Source: Klebsormidium nitens
Taxonomy: Eukaryota > Plantae > Klebsormidiophyceae
Direction: 5' to 3'
DNA: 49,047 bases
Assembly: GCA_000708835.1 (NCBI GenBank)
Contig: DF237588.1
Location: 1-49,047 of the forward strand
Shown here: piece after piece, positions 12,835 through 24,830 of the stretch
Numbering within the stretch: the first letter of the stretch is position 1
Layout of the letters: each line of letters opens with the position of its first letter
Position numbers and translations under genes: made by a program
The notes under the pieces: model-generated
Seen by the model: only the letters and a program-made list of their open reading frames with translations
Database searches by the model: none
Told to the model about the DNA's origin: nothing

Positions 12835-13408
12835 TGCGAAATTGCGGGGGGTGTCGAGGGATTCTGCTTGCAGCTTCGGCAACTCTCATCCAAATGGAAG
12901 GCCAGACTATTTGAAGGGAGTGGCAGCTTCGATCCTTTTGCATTGTAATCATTGACAAATGGGCGTTGCAATTGCCAAGCAAACAGAGATCAGACTAGAC
13001 ATTGAACAGGATGGAGGACCTGTTCGAGAGGTCCTTCGAGAGCCCTGAAGGTTGAGGAAACCAATGTACTTGAACAGGTTAGGTTGCTGGCTTGCCGCCA
13101 CCTTCCACCGCCATGACATTCCCTGAAGGAAGTTCAGCCACCATGGCAACATTTCCCATTTTGCAACTCGGATGATCTCCGCGTGTTCACAACTTCACTG
13201 TTTTCGGTTTTGAAACTGTGCATGCAATTCCTTATCGCCCGTCAGGGTTTTTCGCTCAGCCATTTTGCCGGGAGCCATCAGAATCGTTTCGAAATCGAAT
13301 CACGTGGCGGGGAGATATCGCTGATATACCCCGCCGCAGAGGGGTATATCAAAAAACTCTTGGCAGGCTCGACGGCGATGCAAGGTCTGGACTAAGCGAT
13401 AAGCGAGT

Positions 13409-13546
13409 TATACCATTCGAGCTCGGCGATATCGAAGGTTTCTTGTCGACCTCGAGCTTGATATCCCCCTCGGGGCTCCGCCCTCGGGGAGATATCAGCT
13501 CTCGTTCGACGCGAAAACCATCGGTATCGCCGAGCTCTCATGGTAT
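13409..13546. mobile_element. foldback/palindromic MITE-like element (~60-bp imperfect arms, TA at both ends)
   Basis: Left arm TATACCATTCGAGCTCGGCGATATCGAAGGTTTC..GTCGA..GAGCTTGATATCCCC pairs with right arm ..GGGGAGATATCAGCTC..TCGAC..GAAACCATCGGTATCGCCGAGCTCTCATGGTATA. GC-rich centre CTCGGGGCTCCGCCCTCG. Confidence 0.7.
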
Positions 13547-13753
13547 ACCGTATATACTATAACTACTACTTAAAGTTATCATCAACCATGGCCCTAGAAA
13601 TGCGGCAGCCATTGGCCGGCCGCCGCTGGCGGCGGGGCAACAAGGGCAAGGTTTGCAATTAGTAACTACCGGTACCTGCCACGAGGAGACTAGCCGGCTG
13701 CCGCAGACTTAGCGTTCCAACCCGCCTGAGGGCCCGGGGTTCTAGGTAGTAGC

Positions 13754-13800
13754 GGGGCGCAGGAATGGCGCGGAGCTCCCCCGGGAAATTCCTGCGCCCC
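13754..13800. repeat. perfect 13-bp inverted repeat (hairpin)
   Basis: GGGGCGCAGGAAT (13754-13766) / ATTCCTGCGCCCC (13788-13800). Confidence 0.8.
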
Positions 13801-14379
13801 CGAGAAAAGGGTGTCGTTCCACTAGCGGCCGGCAGAGGCGCAACTAGAAAGGCAGCACAAAGTGCTGCACTCGGCATGCCATTTGATTGATTTGTCTGGA
13901 ACAAATCATTGAATAGCACCAGGCTGGCACTTTACACGCAGTAATTTCGTTGAGATTGAGACCGTTGGAACTTGGTACGGTACCTCGTATAGTGTATGTA
14001 TAGTAGAAGATAGTCCTCGAAATTCTGGTAACGCTAAATAAACCCGATCGACTGGCGTTACGAACTCGTGGATTTGTAAAGTGTAACGCATTCACCCTTA
14101 CCGGTTTCGCATTACAGTTCGATTCCTGGCGACACATTTCAACTTCCCAGTCGACCTTACAAAGCTCAAAGGAACTTTGAAATCGCCCGCGAAACCATTA
14201 CCTGGGTACATGGCATACGCCAGTGCACGCTTTTGAGAGGGCTCGAAGCCTCGAAATCGCGCTTTTGTACTCTGAAAAAGTCGGAGAGCTTTCAATGTGG
14301 GTCGCAGGGCACAACGCTCAAAAACCGTCAGATTTCAAACATGGACGGCAGATATCACATGCTCTGCAAGCTGCAGTTA

Positions 14380-14730
14380 GGTTGCGCGTCGACCGAAAAC
14401 CTACCACCCCCCACTTTGATGTTGTCAGACCACGTGGTCAGAAAACCCTGGTTTTGGCAGTGGTTTGCAGCAAACCTTCCACATCTGTGCGCCCTATATC
14501 ACCCAATTCTGCACCAAAATGCTCTATCCAAAGCACATGGGCAATGCCATGAGTGGTGGCAGTTGCCGACAAAGCTTCTTTGAGCAGAAAAGATGCTAAT
14601 TTGATACTTACAGGCGACACAATCACCCCAGTGATGCAAACCTCGCACAAACCCATATTTATGAAAAGCAGGCCTCTGATTGGCTCAAAAACCTGGGATG
14701 ACCTCGGAGGTTTTCGGTCGACGCGCAACC
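14380..14730. mobile_element. Tourist-like (PIF/Harbinger) MITE, 351 bp
   Basis: Perfect 23-bp TIR GGTTGCGCGTCGACCGAAAACCT at both ends, flanked by TTA (14377-79) and TTA (14731-33), the 3-bp TSD typical of PIF/Harbinger. No meaningful internal ORF. Confidence 0.9.
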
Positions 14731-15649
14731 TTAGTGGCTGGTCAAGCGAAACCCAATTCGTTTAACCGCACTTAATGAGAAATTGTACCCCAGCTCCACG
14801 CAAAACTTCCAGCGAAGAGCCTCTAGGCATGTACACGTGGGGCAGGTCATTAAATAAATAAGCAGGCAAATGATTAGCTGAGGTGGTAATACGCACCAAC
14901 CAGTCGCGATAATCCTTCCACCGGGGCACAGCCGCATGCACTGGCATTCACACCTTGGTCACAAACAGAAAATGTTAAAAGCCTCTCGCAGTGCAGTGAG
15001 CCACGTAACACCCCTTTGTCACGCGAATTCACACCGCTAACGCAAACACCTATTTCCGCGCTTCTTGGTGATATGGGCAATACCGGGTGCCGCCGGGACC
15101 ACTCTATGATTTTGGAGTGCACAGCTGACTGCGGACACTCGCACGGATTCTCCTCCTCGATGATTTCCCCAGTCTGAAAATCAGACCTGTAAGCGTCCTG
15201 AGCGTTGTCAGCTTGGTCCCGGGCATACTTCACATACTATGAGCAGACTGACAGGGTGCCCGGCGTGGCAAAGTAGACCCCAAATTCAAGTGCCCCAGAC
15301 ACCATACCCAATAGGGGCAGACTCGGAAAATTACACCGCGTTTCAAATTCCCTTGAAGACACAGTCTCTACTTCGGGACTTAAGGAGCCTAGGACATTGG
15401 AAACATACTGTGTAACTTACAGGAGAGTGTGTCAACGAGGCGTTTTCAAATGGGAATGGTGCCAATCTGCTTCGACAATAGGCTTAGCAGCCTTGAAAAA
15501 GTCGGGTCCCGCAAGGCCGGCGCGCGAGTTTGACATTGGCCTATTTTCTAAATTCGCAGCCTACGATGTAAAACTTGTGGTCTGAAAATTTAACTCGGCG
15601 GTCGGTTATATTATTCGCGTATATATATCGAATGTCGAAAGCGTACTTT

Positions 15650-15794
15650 CAGTGTTGCGCCGCAGTGTTGCAACGCTGTTGCAATGTTGTCGGGCAACTG
15701 TTGCCCAACAGCCTTTGGGCAACGGTTGCCCGACCGTCGCGACGGTGTCGCGGAACCCGAAAATGCGTATAACCAGCCTGTGTTGTGCTATGGG
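15650..15794. repeat. nested palindrome cluster; probable subterminal region of a DNA transposon
   Basis: 20-bp arms GTCGGGCAACTGTTGCCCAA / TTGGGCAACGGTTGCCCGAC (1 mismatch, 6-nt loop), perfect palindrome ACCGTCGCGACGGT, repeated GTTGC(AA) motifs, ending ...TGTGCTATGGG. Confidence 0.6.
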
Positions 15795-16380
15795 ATAATG
15801 GGACTGATCAATCGTGGTGAATCCCGGCCTGCGTCCCCATGCAATAAGACGCGTCCATGCACCAGTCTACGGCGCATGATCGAGACTCAAGCTGCAATTA
15901 TTTCTAGTCAAGTTTAATGCGAATCTCAGTGGTGTCGGAATGCCACTCCATTAGTATATATGTTTATCTCACTTAATTTAGGAGCTTAGTATACCGGCCG
16001 CCATAGTACTCAACATGTTGAGGGAGGGGACTGTATACAACCGTGACCGTACCCTACCATGGGGCGGCCGGCCTCCTGGCACACACATAATCGTTTGTGT
16101 TGACAAACTTTGTTCAGTGCATGTGCATTGGCCAGACTCATCACTGTGTGTCTCACGCTTAGTTTGAATGCTCGTTTGGCAAACAACTAGAGGTCTGGCA
16201 CTGCATCAATCGCAGAAGAATGGCTTGTCGAAGGATTCAATGACTTTGTCAACCAGCTGAGGCGCTCCCAATGGATTGGCTGGTGTCATCAGGTGGCTTC
16301 TGGAAGACCGATATCCATGCCAACTACTCACTCAATCTGTTCAGATTCTAAACGTAAGTGTTCTGCTTTGTTGACTATGC

Positions 16381-18508
16381 CTATCCCAATCTTGACGGAT
16401 TGACAAACGCCCATTCAGCACCTGGAGGCCACCATTGCCAGTTTGGTTCCAAGTGAAACAATTGGAACCCTGCGGACTCCAACTCCCTAAGGAACGTGTC
16501 AACAATCTTGTGATCGTCTTTCTCCAGGGCAGCCCCGTTATAAGTCTCCACCAAGAATTGTCCAATAGGTGGGTTGGAGACTTGCGGCTTCAGGATCGAC
16601 TTGAAGCTGGTGTACTCGCACCTCTCGCAGTCGACTTTCAGCACATCCACAAAGGTGTGCCCGAGGTTCAGCATGATGTCAGTCAGGCTGTAAACATTGT
16701 TATCCTGCACCCAAGCCAGGTAAACCCACATGTGCCTTGTAAGCGGTTAATAAGATGCTGTAATCTCCGTTGCTCATTTCTTGCGGAAGTTTCCGAAATG
16801 AAGTTGCCAGCGTAATCCCCTGACGACCTTTCTATACTGCCGGTATTGAATGGCTCAGGAAATGGACGGAAGTCTACATGTTCTTCCTAGACGTATTCAT
16901 CCTCTGCTCCTAACCGATCAGCAGATCTGAAAAAGCTTCATACAGGAAGATTGGATTTTGTCAAAGGGGACGGCCGCACCCATACTTGCCTGGTTCGTTT
17001 CATCCGCAAGGCACCACGGGTGGAAGACGAGCAGCGGGGACAGGCTGGTCACTTTCGCAACGTCCGCCTCCTTCAAGGTGCAATCGAAAACGTGGACCTC
17101 CGCTCCAGTGGCGCCGATCAGTTCCATTTCAAAATATGTCTGCGCGTTGCTCCCTATGCTGTAAATAATGCTCTGTCCGTTAAGCCTGTGCGCATTGCAC
17201 ACCCACTTTCCGCCGTCCCCCATCAGACCATACCGAACTTCGCGATAGCATGGATAGATGGGCACCCAGTACTCCATCAGTTCCTTCAGGTAGACTTCCT
17301 GCAACATAACAAACTCTCTCAGGAAGCTTCGGACGTGCCAGTGACGGTCGTCATGCTTGTATCAGTCACTCGCAGGTCCTGGTGTCCAGATTGGCCGAGA
17401 TTCATGGCTTAAGTGACCCATCATCATGAGTTGTGGTGATAATTATCGTTAAGTGGCAAAGAGCACTGGCCATTGGTTGAAAACCTGTTTCCTTTCTGGG
17501 ATGGAAGATCAGCAGATCACGGGGTGCAAGGAGAATCTTGACGCCCCTTCAACAACAAACTCACAACTCGAAAGAAGGAGACAGTTCTTATTCAAGACAA
17601 GTCAGGAAACCAAAGCATGCTCGCACTCTACCGTAGAGTGATCAGTCTGTGTATGTGAATTGCTGAATATATCTCTGTGTACGTGTTCTCACCTTTTCGT
17701 CTTTAATATGACCGGTGTGCCAGGGACTGATGTAGCTCTCCCTGCGCATGATGTTCTCCTCCATTGTTTGGATCGCTTCTCTAAGCAATCGCTCATGCTG
17801 CGCCTCAGAATCCCATGAAGCTGCAAGAAGCGATTCCGTTGATGCACATGGTCTCTAGATAAAGGATGCAAAAGCACAGCGAAAATGGGGAAAGCTCAAG
17901 CTGCTGTTTTGGAGGAGAGGCATACGCAGAAAAATGATACTTGAGGTGAGAACTTTTGTGTCAGGAGGTTCAATAAAGTGTCAATGCTGCAACTTTGATG
18001 GGCGTAGACCAATGACTGCCCTAACATCCAGCGTGCGATTTAAGAGCTAGTTCTTCTCCAAAAGTTTCTCCTCAACGACAATGACTAGGCCAATTGGCCG
18101 TACAACACTCAGCATTCAACCATGCAGGTTGCAATTTCTCATGTCAGTGCATTTCACATTTCCTGGAATCTTCAGTCTTCGGACTTAGCGCTGAGGACCG
18201 AGGTGCTCGGACCTGATCTGTCAGTGGAAGCTTCAGGAGCTGAACAATTCATGCTTATACGCATTGCTGTGGGTTCGATAAGGCCTCGTATCAGACCCAC
18301 CGTGTACGTCAATTCCTCTGCCCGCCAGCATGTGAAGCCCTTGCCGCACAGCGAACTGTGGAAAGATCCCTGCTGAGTAGCTGGCTCCTCCACTTTCTGA
18401 TGCTCCCATGCCATACGGGATGACCGCAACAACCAGAATGCCCAACACTAAGCAGCTTGCAGCAATGATGACAGGTCGTTGTAGCCAGGGGTCACACAAG
18501 AATCCCAT
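16381..18508 (-). CDS. type II membrane-anchored SAM-dependent methyltransferase, Methyltransf_22 / METTL24-like, 322 aa (4 exons)
   Basis: Exons 18508-18301, 17820-17693, 17298-16990, 16704-16381 (969 nt, phases 1,0,0; intron 3 is GC-AG). N-terminal hydrophobic anchor. Motifs DGGKWVC, IYSIGS, VHVFDCT, DVLKVDCE, GFQLFHLEPN. Confidence 0.85.
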
Positions 18509-19212
18509 GAGCAGCGACTTAGGGCTTCCGAGCGTATATTTAGGGGGCTCTTAGTGACACGATTTCGAGCTCTGCGCGATCTGATTGGCTGCTTGGCGCC
18601 ACCGCCGCTGCTCGACCGAGTCTTAACTGGCGCGATTCTTTGAGTGTCAATGATTATGAACATCGCAGACTGGAAATTGGTGCGTCGCCTGTCGGTCGAG
18701 CGCTGGAACTCAAATGCTCGGCACCAGAACCAAGTAGCACTGAGCCGCCGGTTCTCGACTGCGGGCAATTTATCTGCGACCAGTCGGTGTCAATAATAGG
18801 GCAATTTGCAGACTGTGCGGCTAGTGTTAACTTGGTTGGGCTGATATGCTAATATATAAAGCATGGCACCAAAGCTACATTTGTGTCATTTACAAATTTT
18901 TGCCCGTCAGTCGAGGACCGTTGACACCACGGCTTCATAAATATCTGAATTGTGGACCTTATCCGACGGCCTATACACCAGGAACATCACATCGACGGCT
19001 ACTGTGCAGATCTGAGACGAGCCAGGGCCAGGGCCAGAATCAGTGACAGAAGTCAATGTCTTACATATGTCACACATGGTGTATCAAAATCGAAATCGAA
19101 TAATCATATAGACTGACATGTATATATGTAACGCATGTAACGCTTTCGACAAATTGCATCGAAGCTGTCTCGCGATGGTTCACGACAGGCAAGAACATAG
19201 GAAATCGACACG

Positions 19213-19549
19213 NNNNNNNNNNNNNNNNNNNNNNNNNNNNNNNNNNNNNNNNNNNNNNNNNNNNNNNNNNNNNNNNNNNNNNNNNNNNNNNNNNNNNNNN
19301 NNNNNNNNNNNNNNNNNNNNNNNNNNNNNNNNNNNNNNNNNNNNNNNNNNNNNNNNNNNNNNNNNNNNNNNNNNNNNNNNNNNNNNNNNNNNNNNNNNNN
19401 NNNNNNNNNNNNNNNNNNNNNNNNNNNNNNNNNNNNNNNNNNNNNNNNNNNNNNNNNNNNNNNNNNNNNNNNNNNNNNNNNNNNNNNNNNNNNNNNNNNN
19501 NNNNNNNNNNNNNNNNNNNNNNNNNNNNNNNNNNNNNNNNNNNNNNNNN
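19213..19549. other. assembly gap (N-run)
   Basis: 337 N. Confidence 1.
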
Positions 19550-22193
19550 CCGTCGCTTTCAAACCCGAGTCATTTCCACAGCATGTCCTACAGCATTTCC
19601 ACGGCAGCTTTAGCTCCTCACATTGCAAGCAGGGCGGACAGGGCGCCCTCGATGGGCGGCCTCGCGGGCCTTCTACTCGTCATTCCCTACTAGCCTGATA
19701 TCTTCTATCCTCTTCCCGAATTGTCAAGTGACGGCAGCAACCAGTCAAGCGCGTGGGCTGCCGCCATGGAGTTTCCCCAACAGTCTACTAATAGCAGATT
19801 ATTTTGCAAGGTGAGATTGCAATATCTGATCTTACGGTCAGCTTATGCAGCATTCCTTCATGCATGAGGCAGCACATTTATTTGCAGAGGTCCTTTTCAG
19901 GCTGTCATTCCTCTGATCTATCTCATGTATCCTACCTTTCAGTTAACTTATCTCAGCTTTCCGATGCAGGGCGTCATCTCATAACACTTTGACAGCCACT
20001 GCACGAACGCCGACAATTCGCCCGGCCGCCACACCCCCGGCCCCCGGAATTTTGCGAAACTTTTCCAGCCAGCCGCCAGGCTGGCCCCCCCAGGATTGCA
20101 CTTTCAAAAATTCAGGAAATTGCACTTATTTTGAAGAATGCGCCCCATTTTCGTCCTCAATTAGCGCATATTCCCTGTCCGTATCTCATAGGTATGTCAA
20201 GTCGCTTGAGTTCAGGCAGAATATATTGAATATTGTCTTGGTTTTGGCTGGTGGGTAAGTTAGCCCGGGGCGCTTTACCCGGCTGCCGCCGCCGCCGCTG
20301 GACCCCCTGTTCGCTCGTCCTCCGGGCACTTCCGCCAACCGCCGACCGCCCCCGCCGCCATTTCAATTGTCGGCGTTCGTGCAGTCACTGTAAATCTGTT
20401 ATGAGACCACGCCCAGGGCTGGCAAACTGGAGCTTGCGTACTCCAGTCTCTGCGCTTTGCTCTCTCCGTCAGCCTTCTTTGTTGCTTCGCTTCGCTTCGT
20501 GGTTACTTCTTTGCATTCCATCTTTTGGTGAGCATTGCTGGCAGCCCGCTTTCATTCAAAGCCATTGAAGAATACAAAAGCAAGTTGTTTGACTCCAATC
20601 TCAGCCGATCACGGTGTCGCAGAAATTTCCATTCATATTTCATTCATATTATTGGCAGCATTCAAAATCATACGCTTTGAAAGCAAATATTGCTCAATCC
20701 TGATTGCCTGGTTTCATCAGCTGCTTCATCCAAACCAGCTCTGCTCCGCTGAGTGTCCCTCAAGATTCTTCTTCTGGATACTTACCACGGCGCTCGTTGC
20801 CGCTACTTGCATTCATTCAAAGTCGTTGATTTGTTTAGTGTGCTAGCACTCTTGAAAGATGTGTTCCATTGTATCATCTGGATCATTGTGCCATCTGTTC
20901 CACGTCGTACTTTGATCAACTTTCTGACCTTGGGGGTTTGGACACAAGTCGCAACTTTTGCCTCGATATCAAAGCTTTTTTCACCAGACATGCGCTGTCA
21001 GAGACACCTTACTTTCTAAGTTCCCCAATCGCATGAGCTCTTGCAAACTTCGATGATTTGCAGTTGTTACAGTGTTTACACCCTGCTCAATCGTCCAGTT
21101 TTTCCTTGCAGTAAGCACGTACAGCGCATGCCAGTTCTGTGAGCTCCACATGGCGCTGCCCCTTGACGCTCCTTCCTGCGGGTCTTGAAGTTGCTACAAA
21201 ACCGTCCCTTGCTGTCTGAGAGCTACGCTATGCAGCATCCTAATCCGAGAGGGTGAGTCTCAAATGCTTCCTAATTCTGACCTCTGAGTGTTGTTTCCTT
21301 CGAAGCGCATACCCCTTCCGTGTACCTGCATAGTGTTGAATATGCTGGAGACCGCAAGCCAGGCACTTTGATGTTTCCCATAAACCAGGTGCTTTTACAT
21401 GATGTTGGCTCAATCTTACAATGAAGGATCTGCGTCTGTCTCAAACCAGCATTTGCGAGCCATTTGCCAAGCACGAGCAATACCCTAAGGTGTTTGTTTC
21501 AACATTTGAGAAACCTTCAAACCTTCTATGGCACAAGATCTGAGTTTTGCAGCAATGCTGATCTCCATCTTTTCACGTGTCTCACTGTTAGCACAACGCC
21601 CTTGCATAATTCTATTATTGGCCCACAGCGTAGCACGGTCACGTTGGGACTTTTTGCAGCTTAATACAACTCAAACTTATTCAGTGTGCTCCTTCTTATG
21701 CAGTATGCAAGGTGAATCATTCATCCAGCTTTCCATGTTTCGGAGCTTCAACTGAGATGGATCGAAGGTGCTTGCCCGTTAAGTGAGATGGTGGTGGCGG
21801 ACCTGACCAACATGCTGTGTTGCTGCCGTCAAATGATGCTTCTTCGCGCTGTTCGCTGATACGCACTTTGGACCGTGCGTCGCATCCCCATAACTCCGCG
21901 ATCTTCTCTACATGGGTGAGTCTTCGCTTGTTTTCTCTACTCTTTTGTTCAGGAAGTCTTTCCATGGTACATGTTGCTCGCATTCTGCACTATCCTTACC
22001 GGATCTGAAGGGGTCACGGAGCCTGGCTGTATGTAGCAAAAATCTTGTCCACCCTTGAATGCATATCAATCGTGACGAAACATGGCTGCTTCTACTTGGC
22101 AACCCTTTGCAGCAAGAAAGTGTGGTTGGTCATGAGAACCTCTCTTGAAGTGGGTATTTCAATCTCAAGAGATCTGATGTGGCAGGCCGCAAT

Positions 22194-22460
22194 TCACGAT
22201 TGACAGCGGTCGGCACAGCTTGATGTGAGACCCAATTGAAGCTTTCTAGATCTTTCCAGCTCTCCATATGTTGCTTCGCTTGGCTTGTTCAAGTTCATCC
22301 GATCATCTTTATTGACGCTGGCCCCCATTGGCTGAACTTTCCTCCCCCTTTGCAGGCGTTCAAGCAATGTGGCGGCGCTGTCCCATCTTATGTTGGTCAT
22401 TGCGAGTTGTTTCAGGTGTACGGTACCCTGGTATTCACATGGCGCTCCAATATGTTGCAT
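22194..22460 (-). pseudogene. possible degenerate hAT transposase fragment
   Basis: LAMTNIRWDSAATLLERL resembles the hAT 'TRWNS..MLERL' motif. Surrounding frames are full of stops. A GC-rich ACCGG repeat array lies upstream. Confidence 0.3.
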
Positions 22461-22749
22461 TCAGTCAACGTACTTTGAAAGAACAGTATATGGACATGCT
22501 TGCTTTGTGAATCACTCCAATTGATTTGTGCATCTACTATCATCATAAAATCACTTTCTTCTTGGAATCCGATGTGGAGCTACATGCTTTGACAACTTTG
22601 CTATGGGATTGGCACCACCGTGATGTACGCTATATGCTTTCGCATTCTCGTGTTGTATTGAGTAGCAAAGCTTCAAGACATTAACCGTACGCTTTTGAGA
22701 AATTTCATTCTGCCGCAATATTGCAACGTACATGCGTCGGAGGGATTTG

Positions 22750-23010
22750 AGCCCACCGGTATAGCACCGGAAAGCCCCGGCCGTGTTACTCCTTAACCGG
22801 CCGACACACCGACCGGCCAGTCGGGCCGTCCAACCCCCGACCGGGACGTTGCCGAGGCCGCGCCGAGACGTCCGAAGCCCGACCGGGATTCCGCCGGGAC
22901 CGTTGTGGGACCCGGTCACGACCCTGAACCCCGACCGGTTGACCGCAGGTACCGGCGCCACGCTCAACCGGGAGGCGCTAACACCGGCCGTAGCCGTCCG
23001 GCTTGGCAGG
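22750..23010. repeat. GC-rich array of CCGACCGG/ACCGG motifs (transposon subterminal-like)
   Basis: Exact CCGACCGG at 22809, 22837, 22879 and 22931, plus additional ACCGG variants. Confidence 0.6.
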
Positions 23011-23888
23011 CGCTCGGTAGGCTTCTTTCCGGGTTACCCAACGGTACTGGGTCGAGAATGATTGCAGCCGATCGAGGACCGAAGATACACAAAGACGTGT
23101 AATGAACAGTACGTCTTGCATTAATTCTGCAAACGCTCCAAAATCCAGATTCTGTAGGTAGGCTGGATGGCTGCTTAGTTGCTTGGAGAAGTCTCGTAGT
23201 AGTAGAGATCCTCTTGTTCTTGGCCCTCATGCAGGCATGGGGCTGCTTGTCGAGTTTGGGGGCTAACCTGAAGTTGTTACTGCAAGAATTTTATGCTGCG
23301 ATTGAGGAACTGAGGGTGGTTACAATCGGGGTCGCAAGACTCGGTTCTGACCACGTTCTGACATTCAACGAATGTGGTTCAAACGAGCCCCCCTGAGTGG
23401 CAAGGCTGTCAGGTTTTGCCCCTGGTTTTGCGACGCAGGAGTCCAGAGTCTGCACGTCACACGCGGGATCCATGTCCGTATGTCAAGGACACGCTCCAAC
23501 TTGACACGCTGCAAGGCCCCTCAGTGCCTTTACGCAGAACTGCTATTTCGACGAGCTTGACTTGGCCCCAGTATCATTACCCGCCCAACTTGAACTTTTC
23601 CGCCTGTCATGCATCATGCATGGACATTGTCAGAAATCCTACTCCTCTGTAATAGGGCGAAGACTAAATTGAGCCTGCCAGTGTGTTCGAATGTTCCGAT
23701 GTTGGAATTAGAGTGGCAAGCAGCTTTGCCAATAGACCTGAGCGACTCAGCGCTATCTTCTTCATTTGACTTGAAGGCTTTCAGAAGGAACTTTCAAACC
23801 GGCGCAATTCCTTCATTCTGAACTCCACCAGCAGAACGCCTAGGCCCGTGCAGTTGACCCTCCTTCCGCACTCAAAAGAGAAGGCACC

Positions 23889-24803
23889 ATGGCGCAGACC
23901 TAGTTGTCAGACCGTGACGCGGAGCGCATTGCAAAGATTGAGCGCCTCCTGCCACCTGGCACCGCATTTCCGCGGGACCCCCAGTCCTTGAATCTCTTGC
24001 GCAGAGCCTTTACGCATCCATCTTCAAGTCAGCTCTTTAACCACGACGTCTTGGGGTCGCTCGGGGACTGCCAGTTCAAGCACTACGCGGCCATTAACTT
24101 CGAGCGCGAAAACGGGATGGAGTTCGCGTTGCCTGGCGATGTCGCCAAGCCCATTGCTGCCGTGGCGACAAATGAGTCGCTGGCCTCAATGTATCAGGGC
24201 GTGCTGGGGTTCAAGCTCTCTGATATTGAGACGGGCGAGCAGTACAGGTACGCGACCCTGGAGAGGTCAATCCACAGGCAGGCGACTGTGATTGAGGCAA
24301 TCATTACTGTCGTGCAGAAGGTTCTTGGGGGGGACGTCGCACAGCAGTTCGTGGACAGGCTCTGCGCGATCTTCTTCCAGAAGCAGGGAACGAGTTTTCT
24401 CAGCTTCAGGAGCTTCGACCCCATCAGTAGCGTCATGCAGAAGGTGGCCCAGCTCACGGACGGCGTCGCGAACTATCAAGTGTCCGACAAGCCGGACGCT
24501 GAGGGCAACTTCACCGGACGGCTGGGCATCAAGATGGGGCCCAACTTGGAGCTGTTCTTGAAGGGGCCGCAGGCTGGAAGAAGGAAGAATGACGTGAAGC
24601 GGGCGCTGTTCCAGCAGATGGACCTGGACGCCGAGTTCAACGACTTTATCCGCAAGAACCCAAAGAAGGCAAAAGTGGAACTCTCGGAGGAAGCCGCCAG
24701 TGTCAGTGCTAGGGCGAGGGAGAACGCGGAAGCCGCGAAAGCCAGTGTCAGCCCTGGGGCGGAAAACGCGGAAGCCGGTGTCACTGTCAGCCTTGGCGTT
24801 TGA
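23889..24803 (+). CDS. intronless RNase III-domain + dsRBD-like protein, catalytically degenerate; in-frame TAG at codon 5 (possible pseudogene)
   Basis: LLRRAFTHPS; signature NHDVLGSLGD (cf. NERLEFLGD); ATNESLA; QATVIEAII (cf. ADxxEA); FDPISSVMQKVAQ (dsRBD helix 1). caccATGg at 23889 is in frame but followed by TAG at 23901-03. Confidence 0.8.
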
Positions 24804-24830
24804 AAACGCGGAAGACGCCAGGTGTCCGCA
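24695..24830 (+). repeat. three degenerate tandem units at the 3' end of the RNase III-like ORF
   Basis: Repeated (GCC)AGTGTCAG...GA(A/G)AACGCGGAAG(C/A)CG. The stop codon falls inside the third unit. Confidence 0.75.

Noticed and set aside
13590-13850. Possible Helitron 3' ends (GC hairpins near CTAG)
   Set aside because: Hairpin-CTAG spacing is not convincing, and there is no 5' TC end or Rep/helicase remnant.
15985-16072. CCGGCCGCC(CC)AT inverted pair around the palindrome CTCAACATGTTGAG
   Set aside because: Short imperfect arms and no TSD, so too weak to call a MITE.
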